Origin: Eledone cirrhosa
Lineage: Eukaryota
Direction of reading: 5' to 3'
DNA length: 64,000 nucleotides
Assembly (NCBI GenBank): GCA_964016885.1
Contig: OZ024743.1
Coordinates: 236,592,001-236,656,000 of the forward strand
Positions 1 to 13,700 of the stretch are shown piece by piece. Each line of letters starts with the position of its first letter. Within the stretch, counting starts at the first letter, position 1. The notes beneath the pieces were generated by a model, which had not been told where the DNA came from, searched no databases, and saw only the letters and a list, made by a program, of their open reading frames with translations. The translations under genes and the position numbers were made by a program.

Positions 1-3000
1 ACAGGTTGTATATTCCTTCAGTCAATCTCCTATACTACTGGTTGTATGTTCCTTCAGTCAATCTCCTATACTACAGGTTGTATATTCCTTCAGTCAATCT
101 CCTATACTACAGGTTGTATGTTCCTTCAGTCAATCTCCTATACTACAGGTTGTATATTCCTTCAGTCAATCTCCTACACTACTAATTGTATGTTCCTTCA
201 GTCAATCTCCTATACTACAGGTTGTATGTTCCTTCAGTCAATCTCCTATACTACTGGTTGTATGTTCCTTCAGTCAATCTCCTATACTACGGATTGTATG
301 TTCCTTCAGTCAATCCCCAATACTACTGGTTGTATGTTCCTTCAGTCAATCTCCTATACAACTGGTTGTATATTCCTTCAGTCAATCTCCTATACTACTG
401 GTTGTATGTTCCTTCAGTCAATCTCCTATACTACAGGTTGTATATTCCTTCAGTCAATCTCCTATACTACAGGTTGTATGTTCCTTCAGTCAATCTCCTA
501 TACTACAGGTTGTATATTCCTTCAGTCAATCTCCTATACTACAGGTTGTATGTTCCTTCAGTCTATCTCATATACTACTGGTCGTATATTCCTTCAGTCA
601 ATCTCCTATACTACAGGTTGTATATTCCTTCAGTCAATCTCCTATACTACAGGTTGTATATTCCTTCAGTCAATCTCCTATACTACAGGTTGTATGTTCC
701 TTCAGTCAATCTCATATACTACTGGTCGTATATTCCTTCAGTCAATCTCCTATACTACTGGTTGTATGTTCCTTCAGTCAATCTCCTATACTACAGGTTG
801 TATATTCCTTCAGTCAATCTCCTATACTACAGGTTGTATGTTCCTTCAGTCAATCTCCTATACTACAGGTTGTATATTCCTTCAGTCAATCTCCTATACT
901 ACAGGTTGTATGTTCCTTCAGTCAAACTCCTATACTACTGGTTGTATATTCCTTCAGTCAATCTCCTATACTACTGGTTGTATATTCCTTCAGTCAATCT
1001 CCTATACTACAGGTTGTATATTCCTTCAGTTAATCTCCTATACTACTGGTTGTAGGTTCCTTCAGTTAATCTCCTATACTACTGGTTGTATGTTCCTTCA
1101 GTCAATCTCCTATACTACAGGTTGTATGTTCCTTCAGTCAATCTCCTATACTACAGGTTGTATATTCCTTCAGTCAATCTCCTATACTACAGGTTGTATG
1201 TTCCTTCAGTCAAACTCCTATACTACTGGTTGTATATTCCTTCAGTCAATCTCCTATACTACTGGTTGTATATTCCTTCAGTCAATCTCCTGTACTACTG
1301 GTTGTATGTTCCTTCAGTCAATCTCCTATACTACAGGTTGTATATTCCTTCAGTCAATCTCCTATACTACAGGTTGTATGTTCCTTCAGTCAATCTCCTA
1401 TACTACAGGTTGTATATTCCTTCAGTCAATCTCCTATACTACAGGTTGTATGTTCCTTCAGTCAAACTCCTATACTACTGGTTGTATATTCCTTCAGTCA
1501 ATCTCCTATACTACTGGTTGTATATTCCTTCGGTCAATCTCCTATACTACAGGTTGTATATTCCTTCAGTTAATCTCCTATACTACGGGTTGTATATTCC
1601 TTCAGTCAATCTCCTATAATACAGGTTGTATGTTCCTTCAGTCAATCTCCTATAATATGGATTGTATGTTCCTGCAGTCAATCTCCTATACTACTGGTTG
1701 TATGTTCCTTCAGTCAATCTCCTATACTACGGGTTGTATGATCCTTCAGTCAATCTCCTATACTACAGGTTGTATGTTCCTTCAGTCAATCTCCTATACT
1801 ACGGGTTGTATGATCCTTCAGTCAATCTCCTATACTACAGGTTGTATGTTCCTTCAGTCAATCTCCTATACTACAGGTTGTATGTTCCTTCAGTCAATCT
1901 CCTATACTACTGGTTGTATGTTCCTTCAGTCAATCTCCTATACTACGGATTGTATGTTCCTTCAGTCAATCTCCTATACTACTGGTTGTATATTCCTTCA
2001 ATCAATCTCCTATACTACTGGTTGTATGTTCCTTCAGTCAATCTCCTATAGTACAGGTTGTATATTCCTTCAGTCAATCTCCTACACTACTAATTGTATG
2101 TTCCTTCAGTCAATCTCCTATACTACAGGTTCTATATTCATTCAGTCAATCTCCTGTACTACTGGTTGTATGTTCCTTCAGTCAATCTCCTATACTACAG
2201 GTTGTATATTCCTTCAGTCAATCTCCTATACTACAGGTTGTATGTTCCTTCAGTCAATCTCCTATACTACAGGTTGTATATTCCTTCAGTCAATCTCCTA
2301 TACTACTGGTTGTATGTTCCTTCAGTCAATCTCCTATACTACAGGTTGTATATTCCTTCAGTCAATCTCCTATACTACAGGTTGTATGTTCCTTCAGTCA
2401 ATCTCCTATACTACAGGTTGTATATTCCTTCAGTCAATCTCCTACACTACTAATTGTATGTTCCTTCAGTCAATCTCCTATACTACAGGTTGTATGTTCC
2501 TTCAGTCAATCTCCTATACTACTGGTTGTATGTTCCTTCAGTCAATCTCCTATACTACGGATTGTATGTTCCTTCAGTCAATCCCCAATACTACTGGTTG
2601 TATGTTCCTTCAGTCAATCTCCTATACAACTGGTTGTATATTCCTTCAGTCAATCTCCTATACTACTCGTTGTATGTTCCTTCAGTCAATCTCCTATACT
2701 ACAGGTTGTATATTCCTTCAGTCAATCTCCTATACTACAGGTTGTATGTTCCTTCAGTCAATCTCCTATACTACAGGTTGTATATTCCTTCAGTCAATCT
2801 CCTATACTACAGGTTGTATGTTCCTTCAGTCAATCTCATATACTACTGGTCGTATATTCCTTCAGTCAATCTCCTATACTACAGGTTGTATATTCCTTCA
2901 GTCAATCTCCTATACTACAGGCTGTATGTTCCTTCAGTCAATCTCCTATACTACTGGTTGTATATTCCTTCAGTTAATCTCCTATACTACTGGTTGTATG

Positions 3001-6000
3001 TTCCTTCAGTCAATCTCCTATACTACAGGTTGTATGTTCCTTCAGTCAATCTCCTATACTACAGGTTGTATATTCCTTCAGTCAATCTCCTATACTACAG
3101 GTTGTATGTTCCTTCAGTCAAACTCCTATACTACTGGTTGTATATTCCTTCAGTCAATCTCCTATACTACTGGTTGTATATTCCTTCAGTCAATCTCCTA
3201 TACTACAGGTTGTATATTCCTTCAGTTAATCTCCTATACTACTGGTTTTAGGTTCCTTCAGTTAATCTCCTATACTACTGGTTGTATGTTCCTTCAGTCA
3301 ATCTCCTATACTACAGGTTGAATATTCCTTCAGTCAATCTCCTATACTACTGGTTGTATGTTCCTTCAGTCAATCTCCTATACTACGGATTGTATGTTCC
3401 TTCAGTCAATCTCCTATACTACTGGTTGTATGTTCCTTCAGTCAATCTCCTATACTACTGGTTGTATGTTCCTTCAGTCAATCTCCTATACTACGGATTG
3501 TATGTTCCTTCAGTCAATCTCCTATACTACTGGTTGTATGTTCCTTCAGTCAATCTCCTATACTACTGGTTGTATGTTCCTTCAGTCAATCTCCTATACT
3601 ACGGATTGTATGTTCCTTCAGTCAATCTCCTATACTACTGGTTGTATGTTCCTTCAGTCAATCTCCTATACTACGGATTGTATATTCCTTCAGTCAATCT
3701 CCTATACTACAGGTTGTATGTTCCTTCAGTCAATCTCCTATACTACTGGTTGTATATTCCTTCAGTCAATCTCCTATACTACTGGTTGTATGTTCCTTCA
3801 GTCAATCTCCTATACTACGGATTGTATGTTCCTTCAGTCAATCTCCTACACTACTGGTTGTATATTCCTTCAATCAATCTCCTATACTACTGGTTGTATG
3901 TTCCTTCAGTCAATCTCCTATAGTACAGGTTGTATATTCCTTCAGTCAATCTCCTACACTACTAATTGTATGTTCCTTCAGTCAATCTCCTATACTACAG
4001 GTTCTATATTCATTCAGTCAATCTCCTGTACTACTGGTTGTATGTTCCTTCAGTCAATCTCCTATACTACAGATTGTATATTCCTTCAGTCAATCTCCTA
4101 TACTACAGGTTGTATGTTCCTTCAGTCAATCTCCTATACTACAGGTTGTATATTCCTTCAGTCAATCTCCTATACTACAGGTTGTATGTTCCCTCAGTCA
4201 AACTCCTATACTACTGGTTGTATATTCCTTCAGTCAATCTCCTATACTACTGGTTGTATATTCCTTCGGTCAAACTCCTATACTACAGGTTGTATATTCC
4301 TTCAGTTAATCTCCTATACTACGGGTTGTATATTCCTTCAGTCAATCTCCTATACTACAGGTTGTATGTTCCTTCAGTCAATCTCCTATAATATGGATTG
4401 TATGTTCCTGCAGTCAATCTCCTATACTACTGGTTGTATGTTCCTTCAGTCAATCTCCTATACTACGGGTTGTATGATCCTTCAGTCAATCTCCTATACT
4501 ACAGGTTGTATGTTCCTTCAGTCAATCTCCTATACTACAGGTTGTATGTTCCTTCAGTCAATCTCCTATACTACAGGTTGTATGTTCCTTCAGTCAATCT
4601 CCTATACTACTGGTTGTATGTTCCTTCAGTCAATCTCCTAGAATACGGATTGTATGTTCCTTCAGTTAATCCCCAATACTACTGGTTGTATGTTCCTTCA
4701 GTCAATCTCCTATACAACTGGTTGTATATTCCTTCAGTCAATCTCCTATACTACTGGTTGTATGTTCCTTCAGTCAATCTCCTATACTACAGGTTGTATA
4801 TTCCTTCAGTCAATCTCCTATACTACAGGTTGTATGTTCCTTCAGTCAATCTCCTATACTACAGGTTGTATATTCCTTCAGTCAATCTCCTATACTACAG
4901 GTTGTATGTTCCTTCAGTCAATCTCATATACTACTGGTCGTATATTCCTTCAGTCAATCTCCTATACTACTGGTTGTATGTTCCTTCAGTCAATCTCCTA
5001 TACTACAGGTTGTATATTCCTTCAGTCAATCTCCTATACTACAGGTTGTATGTTCCTTCAGTCAATCTCCTATACTACAGGTTGTATATTCCTTCAGTCA
5101 ATCTCCTATACTACAGGTTGTATGTTCCTTCAGTCAAACTCCTATACTACTGGTTGTATATTCCTTCAGTCAATCTCCTATACTACTGGTTGTATATTCC
5201 TTCAGTCAATCTCCTATACTACAGGTTGTATATTCCTTCAGTTAATCTCCTATACTACTGGTTGTAGGTTCCTTCAGTTAATCTCCTATACTACTGGTTG
5301 TATGTTCCTTCAGTCAATCTCCTATACTACAGGTTGTATGTTCCTTCAGTCAATCTCCTATACTACAGGTTGTATGTTCCTTCAGTCAAACTCCTATACT
5401 ACTGGTTGTATATTCCTTCAGTCAATCTCCTATACTACTGGTTGTATATTCCTTCAGTCAATCTCCTATACTACAGGTTGTATATTCCTTCAGTTAATCT
5501 CCTATACTACTGGTTGTAGGTTCCTTCAGTTAATCTCCTATACTACTGGTTGTATGTTCCTTCAGTCAATCTCCTATACTACAGGTTGTATGTTCCTTCA
5601 GTCAATCTCATATACTACTGGTCGTATATTCCTTCAGTCAATCTCCTATACTACTGGTTGTATGTTCCTTCAGTCAATCTCCTATACTACAGGTTGTATA
5701 TTCCTTCAGTCAATCTCCTATACTACAGGTTGTATGTTCCTTCAGTCAATCTCCTATACTACAGGTTGTATATTCCTTCAGTCAATCTCCTATACTACAG
5801 GTTGTATGTTCCTTCAGTCAAACTCCTATACTACTGGTTGTATATTCCTTCAGTCAATCTCCTATACTACTGGTTGTATATTCCTTCAGTCAATCTCCTA
5901 TACTACAGGTTGTATATTCCTTCAGTTAATCTCCTATACTACTGGTTGTAGGTTCCTTCAGTTAATCTCCTATACTACTGGTTATATGTTCCTTCAGTCA

Positions 6001-7769
6001 ATCTCCTATACTACAGGTTGAATATTCCTTCAGTCAATCTCCTATACAACTGGTTGTATATTCCTTCAGTCAATCTCCTATACTACTGGTTGTATGTTCC
6101 TTCAGTCAATCTCCTATACTACAGGTTGTATATTCCTTCAGTCAATCTCCTATACTACAGGTTGTATGTTCCTTCAGTCAATCTCCTATACTACAGGTTG
6201 TATATTCCTTCAGTCAATCTCCTATACTACAGGCTGTATGTTCCTTCAGTCAATCTCCTATACTACTGGTTGTATATTCCTTCAGTTAATCTCCTATACT
6301 ACTGGTTGTATGTTCCTTCAGTCAATCTCCTATACTACTGGTGGTATGTTCCTTCAGTCAATCTCCTATACTACTGGTTGTATATTCCTTCAGTCAATCT
6401 CCTATACTACAGGTTGTATATTCCTTCAGTTAATCTCCTATACTACTGGTTGTAGGTTCCTTCAGTTAATCTCCTATACTACTGGTTGTATGTTCCTTCA
6501 GTCAATCTCCTATACTACAGGTTGTATATTCCTTCAGTCAATCTCCTATACTACAGGTTGTATGTTCCTTCAGGTAAACTCCTATACTACTGGTTGTATA
6601 TTTCTTCAGTCAATCTCCTATACTACTGGTTGTATATTCCTTCGGTCAATCTCCTATACTACAGGTTGTATATTCCTTCAGTTAATCTCCTATACTACGG
6701 GTTGTATATTCCTTCAGTCAATCTCCTATACTACAGGTTGTATGTTCCTTCAGTCAATCTCCTATAATATGGATTGTATGTTCCTGCAGTCAATCTCCTA
6801 TACTACTGGTTGTATGTTCCTTCAGTCAATCTCCTATACTACGGGTTGTATGATCCTTCAGTCAATCTCCTATACTACAGGTTGTATGTTCCTTCTGTCA
6901 ATCTCCTATACTACAGGTTGTATGTTCCTTCAGTCAATCTCCTATACTACAGGTTGTATGTTCCTTCAGTCAATCTCCTATACCACTGGTTGTATGTTCC
7001 TTCAGTCAATCTCCTATACTACGGATTGTATGTTCCTTCAGTCAATCCCCAATACTACTGGTTGTATGTTCCTTCAGTCAATCTCCTATACAACTGGTTG
7101 TATATTCCTTCAGTCAATCTCCTATACTACTGGTTGTATGTTCCTTCAGTCAATCTCCTATACTACAGGTTGTATATTCCTTCAGTCAATCTCCTATACT
7201 ACAGGTTGTATGTTCCTTCAGTCAATCACCTATACTACAGGTTGTATATTCCTTCAGTCAATCTCCTATACTACAGGTTGTATGTTCCTTCAGTCAATCT
7301 CATATACTACTGGTCGTATATTCCTTCAGTCAATCTCCTATACTACAGGTTGTATGTTCCTTCAGTCAATCTCATATACTACTGGTCGTATATTCCTTCA
7401 GTCAATCTCCTATACTACAGGTTGTATGTTCCTTCAGTCAATCTCCTATACTACAGGTTGTATATTCCTTCAGTCAATCTCCTATACTACAGGTTGTATG
7501 TTCCTTCAGTCAATCTCCTATACTACTGGTTGTATATTCCTTCAGTTAATCTCCTATACTACTGGTTGTATGTTCCTTCAGTCAATCTCCTATACTACTG
7601 GTGGTATGTTCCTTCAGTCAATCTCCTATACTACTGGTTGTATATTCCTTCAGTCAATCTCCTATACTACAGGTTGTATATTCCTTCAGTTAATCTCCTA
7701 TACTACTGGTTGTAGGTTCCTTCAGTTAATCTCCTATACTACTGGTTGTATGTTCCTTCAGTCAATCTC

Positions 7770-10700
7770 CTATACTACGGGTTGAATATTCCTTCAGTCA
7801 ATCTCCTATACTACTGGTTGTATGTTCCTTCAGTCAATCTCCTATACTACGGATTGTATGTTCCTTCAGTCAATCTCCTATACTACTGGTTGTATGTTCC
7901 TTCAGTCAATCTCCTATACTACGGATTGTATATTCCTTCAGTCAATCTCCTATACTACAGGTTGTATGTTCCTTCAGTCAATCTCCTATACTACTGGTTG
8001 TATATTCCTTCAGTCAATCTCCTATACTACTGGTTGTATGTTCCTTCAGTCAATCTCCTATACTACGGATTGTATGTTCCTTCAGTCAATCTCCTATACT
8101 ACTGGTTGTATATTCCTACAATCAATCTCCTATACTACTGGTTGTATGTTCCTTCAGTCAATCTCCTATACTACAGGTTGTATATTCCTTCAGTCAATCT
8201 CCTACACTACTAGTTGTATGTTCCTTCAGTCAATCTCCTATACTACAGGTTGTATATTCATTCAGTCAATCTCCTATACTACTGGTTGTATGTTCCTTCA
8301 GTCAATCTCCTATACTACAGGTTGTATATTCCTTCAGTCAATCTCCTATACTACAGGTTGTATGTTCCTTCATTCAATCTCCTATACTACAGGTTGTATG
8401 TTCCTTCAGTCAAACTCCTATACTACTGGTTGTATATTCCTTCACTCAATCTCCTATACTACTGGTTGTATATTCCTTCGGTCAATCTCCTATATTACAG
8501 GTTGTATATTCCTTCAGTTAATCTCCTATACTACGGGTTGTATATTCCTTCAGTCAATCTCCTATACTACAGGTTGTATGTTCCTTCAGTCAATCTCCTA
8601 TAATATGGATTGTATGTTCCTGCAGTCAATCTCCTATACTACGGATTGTATGTTCCTTCAGTCAATCCCCAATACTACTGGTTGTATGTTCCTTCAGTCA
8701 ATCTCCTATACAACTGGTTGTATATTCCTTCAGTCAATCTCCTATACTACTGGTTGTATGTTCCTTCAGTCAATCTCCTATACTACAGGTTGTATGTTCC
8801 TTCAGTCAATCTCCTATACTACGGGTTGTATGTTCCTTCAGTCAATCCCCTATACTTCGGGTTGTATATTCCTTCAGTCAATCTACTATACTACAGGTTG
8901 TATGTTCCTTTAGTCAATCTCCTATACTACTGGTTGTATGTTCCTTCAGTCAATCTCCTATACTACGGATTGTATGTTCCTTCAGTCAATCTCCTATACT
9001 ACTGGTTGTATGTTCCTTCAGTCAATCTCCTATACTACAGGTTGTATATTCCTTCAGTCAATCTCCTATACTACAGGTTGTATGTTCCTTCAGTCAATCT
9101 CCTATACTACTGGTTGTATATTCCTTCAGTTAATCTCCTATACTACTGGTTGTATGTTCCTTCAGTCAATCTCCTATACTACTGGTGGTATGTTCCTTCA
9201 GTCAATCTCCTATACTACTGGTTGTATATTCCTTCAGTCAATCTCCTATACTACAGGTTGTATATTCCTTCAGTTAATCACCTATACTACTGGTTGTAGG
9301 TTCCTTCAGTTAATCTCCTATACTACTGGTTGTATGTTCCTTCAGTTAATCTCCTATACTACTGGTTGTAGGTTCCTTCAGTTAATCTCCTATACTACAG
9401 GTTGTATATTCCTTCAGTTAATCTCCTATACTACTGGTTGTAGGTTCCTTCAGTTAATCTCCTATACTACGGGTTGAATATTCCTTCAGTCAATCTCCTA
9501 TACTACTGGTTGTATGTTCCTTCAGTCAATCTCCTATACTACGGATTGTATGTTCCTTCAGTCAATCTCCTATACTACTGGTTGTATGTTCCTTCAGTCA
9601 ATCTCCTATACTACGGATTGTATATTCCTTCAGTCAATCTCCTATACTACAGGTTGTATGTTCCTTCAGTCAATCTCCTATACTACTGGTTGTATATTCC
9701 TTCAGTCAATCTCCTATACTACTGGTTGTATGTTCCTTCAGTCAATCTCCTATACTACGGATTGTATGTTCCTTCAGTCAATCTCCTATACTACTGGTTG
9801 TATATTCCTACAATCAATCTCCTATACTACTGGTTGTATGTTCCTTCAGTCAATCTCCTATACTACAGGTTGTATATTCCTTCAGTCAATCTCCTACACT
9901 ACTAGTTGTATGTTCCTTCAGTCAATCTCCTATACTACAGGTTGTATATTCATTCAGTCAATCTCCTATACTACTGGTTGTATGTTCCTTCAGTCAATCT
10001 CCTATACTACAGGTTGTATATTCCTTCAGTCAATCTCCTATACTACAGGTTGTATGTTCCTTCATTCAATCTCCTATACTACAGGTTGTATATTCCTTCA
10101 GTCAATCTCCTATACTACAGGTTGTATGTTCCTTCAGTCAAACTCCTATACTACTGGTTGTATATTCCTTCACTCAATCTCCTATACTACTGGTTGTATA
10201 TTCCTTCGGTCAATCTCCTATACTACAGGTTGTATATTCCTTCAGTTAATCTCCTATACTACGGGTTGTATATTCCTTCAGTCAATCTCCTATACTACAG
10301 GTTGTATGTTCCTTCAGTCAATCTCCTATAATATGGATTGTATGTTCCTGCAGTCAATCTCCTATACTACTGGTTGTATGTTCCTTCAGTCAATCTCCTA
10401 TACTACGGATTGTATGTTCCTTCAGTCAATCCCCAATACTACTGGTTGTATGTTCCTTCAGTCAATCTCCTATACAACTTGTTGTATATTCCTTCAGTCA
10501 ATCTCCTATACTACTGGTTGTATGTTCCTTCAGTCAATCTCCTATACTACAGGTTGTATGTTCCTTCAGTCAATCTCCTATACTACGGGTTGTATGTTCC
10601 TTCAGTCAATCCCCTATACTTCGGGTTGTATATTCCTTCAGTCAATCTACTATACTACAGGTTGTATGTTCCTTTAGTCAATCTCCTATACTACTGGTTG

Positions 10701-10780
10701 TATGTTCCTTCAGTCAATCTCCTATACTACGGATTGTATGTTCCTTCAGTCAATCTCCTATACTACTGGTTGTATGTTCC
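7770..10780. repeat. Higher-order duplication within the array, offset 1692-1764 bp (47-49 monomers)
   Basis: The same ordered rare variants (GGGTTGAATA, CCTACAATC, ACACTACTAGT, TTCATTC, CATTCAAT, CACTCAAT, AATATGGAT, ACTTCGGG, TCTACTAT, CCTTTAG) occur at about 7.8-8.9 kb and 9.5-10.7 kb. Matching ORF starts 7822/9514 (1692) and ends 8913/10677 (1764). Boundaries approximate. Confidence 0.85.
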
Positions 10781-13700
10781 TTCAGTCAATCTCCTATACT
10801 ACTGGTTGAATGTTCCTTCAGTCAATCTCCTATACTACGGATTGTATGTTCCTTCAGTCAATCTCCTATACTACTGGTTGTATGTTCCTTCGGTCAATCT
10901 CCTATGCTACTGGTTGTATGTTCCTTCAGTCAATCTCCTATACTACTGGTTGTATATTCCTTCAGTCAATCTCCTATACTACTGGTTGTATGTTCCTTCA
11001 GTCAATCTCCTATACAACGGATTGTATGTTCCTTAAGTCAATCTCCTATACTACTGGTTGTATATTCCTTCAATCAATCTCCTATACTACTGGTTGTATG
11101 TTCCTTCAGTCAATCTCCTATACTACAGGTTGTATATTCCTTCAGTCAATCTCCTACACTACTAGTTGTATGTTCCTTCAGTCAATCTCCTATACTACAG
11201 GTTGTATATTCCTTCAGTTAATCTCCTATACTACGGGTTGTATGTTCCTTCAGTCAATCTCCTATACTACAGGTTGTATGTTCCTTCAGTCAATCTCCTA
11301 TACTACAGGTTGTATGTTCCTTCAGTCAATCTCCTATACTACAGGTTGTATGTTCCTTCAGTCAATCTCCTATACTACTGGTTGTATGTTCCTTCAGTCA
11401 ATCTCCTATACTACGGATTGTATGTTCCTTCAGTCAATCCCCAATACTACTGGTTGTATGTTCCTTCAGTCAATCTCCTATACAACTGGTTGTATATTCC
11501 TTCAGTCAATCTCCTATACTACTGGTTGTATGTTCCTTCAGTCAATCTCCTATACTACAGGTTGTATGTTCCTTCAGTCAATCTCCTATACTACGGGTTG
11601 TATGTTCCTTCAGTCAATCCCCTATACTACTGGTTGTATATTCCTTCATTCAATCTCCTATACTACAGGTTGTATGTTCCTTCAACCAATCGCCTATATT
11701 ACTAGGTGTATGTTCCTTCAGTCAATCTCCTATACTACGGATTGTATGTTCCTTCAGTCAATCTCCTATACTACTGGTTGTATGTTCCTTCAGTCAATCT
11801 CTTATACTACGGATTGTATGTTCCTTCAGTCAATCCCCTATACTACTGATTGTATGTTCCTTCAGTCAATCTCCTATACTACTGGTTGTATGTTCCTTCA
11901 GTCAATCTCCTATACTACGGGTTGTATGTTCCTTCAGTCAATCTCCTATACTACAGGTTGTATGTTCCTTCAGTCAATCTCCTATACTACAGGTTGTATG
12001 TTCCTTCAGTCAATCTCCTATACTACATGTTGTATGTTCCTTCAGTCAATCTCCTATACTACTGGTTGTATGTTCCTTCAGTCAATCTCCTATACTACGG
12101 ATTGTATATTCCTTCAGTCAATCTCCTTCTCTACTAGTTGTATGTTCCTTCAGTCAATCTCCTATACTACAGGTTGTATATTCCTTCAGTCAATCTCCTA
12201 TACTACTGGTTGTATGATCCTTCAGTCAATCTCCTATACTACATTTTGTATATTCCTTCAGTCAATCTCCTATACTACAGGTTGTATGTTCCTTCAGTCA
12301 ATCTCCTATACTAAATGTTGTATATTCCTTCAGTCAATCTCCTATACTACAGGTTGTATGTTCGTTCAGTCAATCTTCTATACTACTGGTTGTATATTCC
12401 TTCAGTCAATCTCCTATACTACTGGTTGTATATTCCTTCAGTCAATCTCCTATACTACAGGTTGTATATTCCTCCAGTTAATCTCCTATACTACGGGTTG
12501 TATATTCCTTCAGTCAATCTCCTATACTACGGATTGTATGTTCCTGCAGTCAATCTCCTATACTACTGGTTGTATGTTCCTTCAGTCAATCTCTTATACT
12601 ACGGGTTGTATGTTCCTTCAGTCAATCTCCTATACTACAGGTTGTATGTTCCTTCAGTCAATCTCCTGTACTACAGGTTGTATGTTCCTTCAGTCAATCT
12701 CCTATACAACTGGTTTTATGTTCCTTCAGTCAATCTCCTATACTACGGATTGCATGTTCCTTCAGTCAATCCCCAATACTACTGGTTGTATGTTCCTTCA
12801 GTCAATCTCCTATACAACTGGTTGTATATTCCTTCAGTCAATCTCCTATACTACTGGTTGTATGTTCCTTCAGTCAATCTCCTATACTACAGGGTGTATG
12901 TTCCTTCAGTCAATCTCCTATACTACGGGTTGTATGTTCCTTCAGTCAATCCCCTATACTACTGGTTGTATGTTCCTTCAGTCAATCTCCTATACTACTG
13001 GTTGTATGTTCCTTCAGACAATCTCCTATACAACTGGTTGTATATTCCTTCAGTCAATCTCCTATACTACTGGTTGTATATTCCTTCAGTCAATCTCCTA
13101 TACTACAGGTTGTATATTCCTCCAGTTAATCTCCTATACTACGGGTTGTATATTCCTTCAGTCAATCTCCTATACTACGGATTGTATGTTCCTGCAGTCA
13201 ATCTCCTATACTACTGGTTGTATGTTCCTTCAGTCAATCTCTTATACTACGGGTTGTATGTTCCTTCAGTCAATCTCCTATACTACAGGTTGTATGTTCC
13301 TTCAGTCAATCTCCTGTACTACAGGTTGTATGTTCCTTCAGTCAATCTCCTATACAACTGGTTTTATGTTCCTTCAGTCAATCTCCTATACTACGGATTG
13401 CATGTTCCTTCAGTCAATCCCCAATACTACTGGTTGTATGTTCCTTCAGTCAATCTCCTATACAACTGGTTGTATATTCCTTCAGTCAATCTCCTATACT
13501 ACTGGTTGTATGTTCCTTCAGTCAATCTCCTATACTACAGGGTGTATGTTCCTTCAGTCAATCTCCTATACTACGGGTTGTATGTTCCTTCAGTCAATCC
13601 CCTATACTACTGGTTGTATGTTCCTTCAGTCAATCTCCTATACTACTGGTTGTATGTTCCTTCAGACAATCTCCTATACAACTGGTTGTATATTCCTTCA

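Noticed and set aside
3-12. AGGTTGTATA resembles the 3' half of let-7 miRNA (UGAGGUAGUAGGUUGUAUAGUU)
   Set aside because: The match is only about 10 nt, excludes the seed region and has no precursor hairpin context. It is compatible with chance.
24-36. Promoter-like CAAT and TATA words in each monomer (CAATCTCCTATA)
   Set aside because: These are short AT-rich words only a few bases apart, not in canonical CCAAT/TATAAA form or spacing, and there is no downstream gene.
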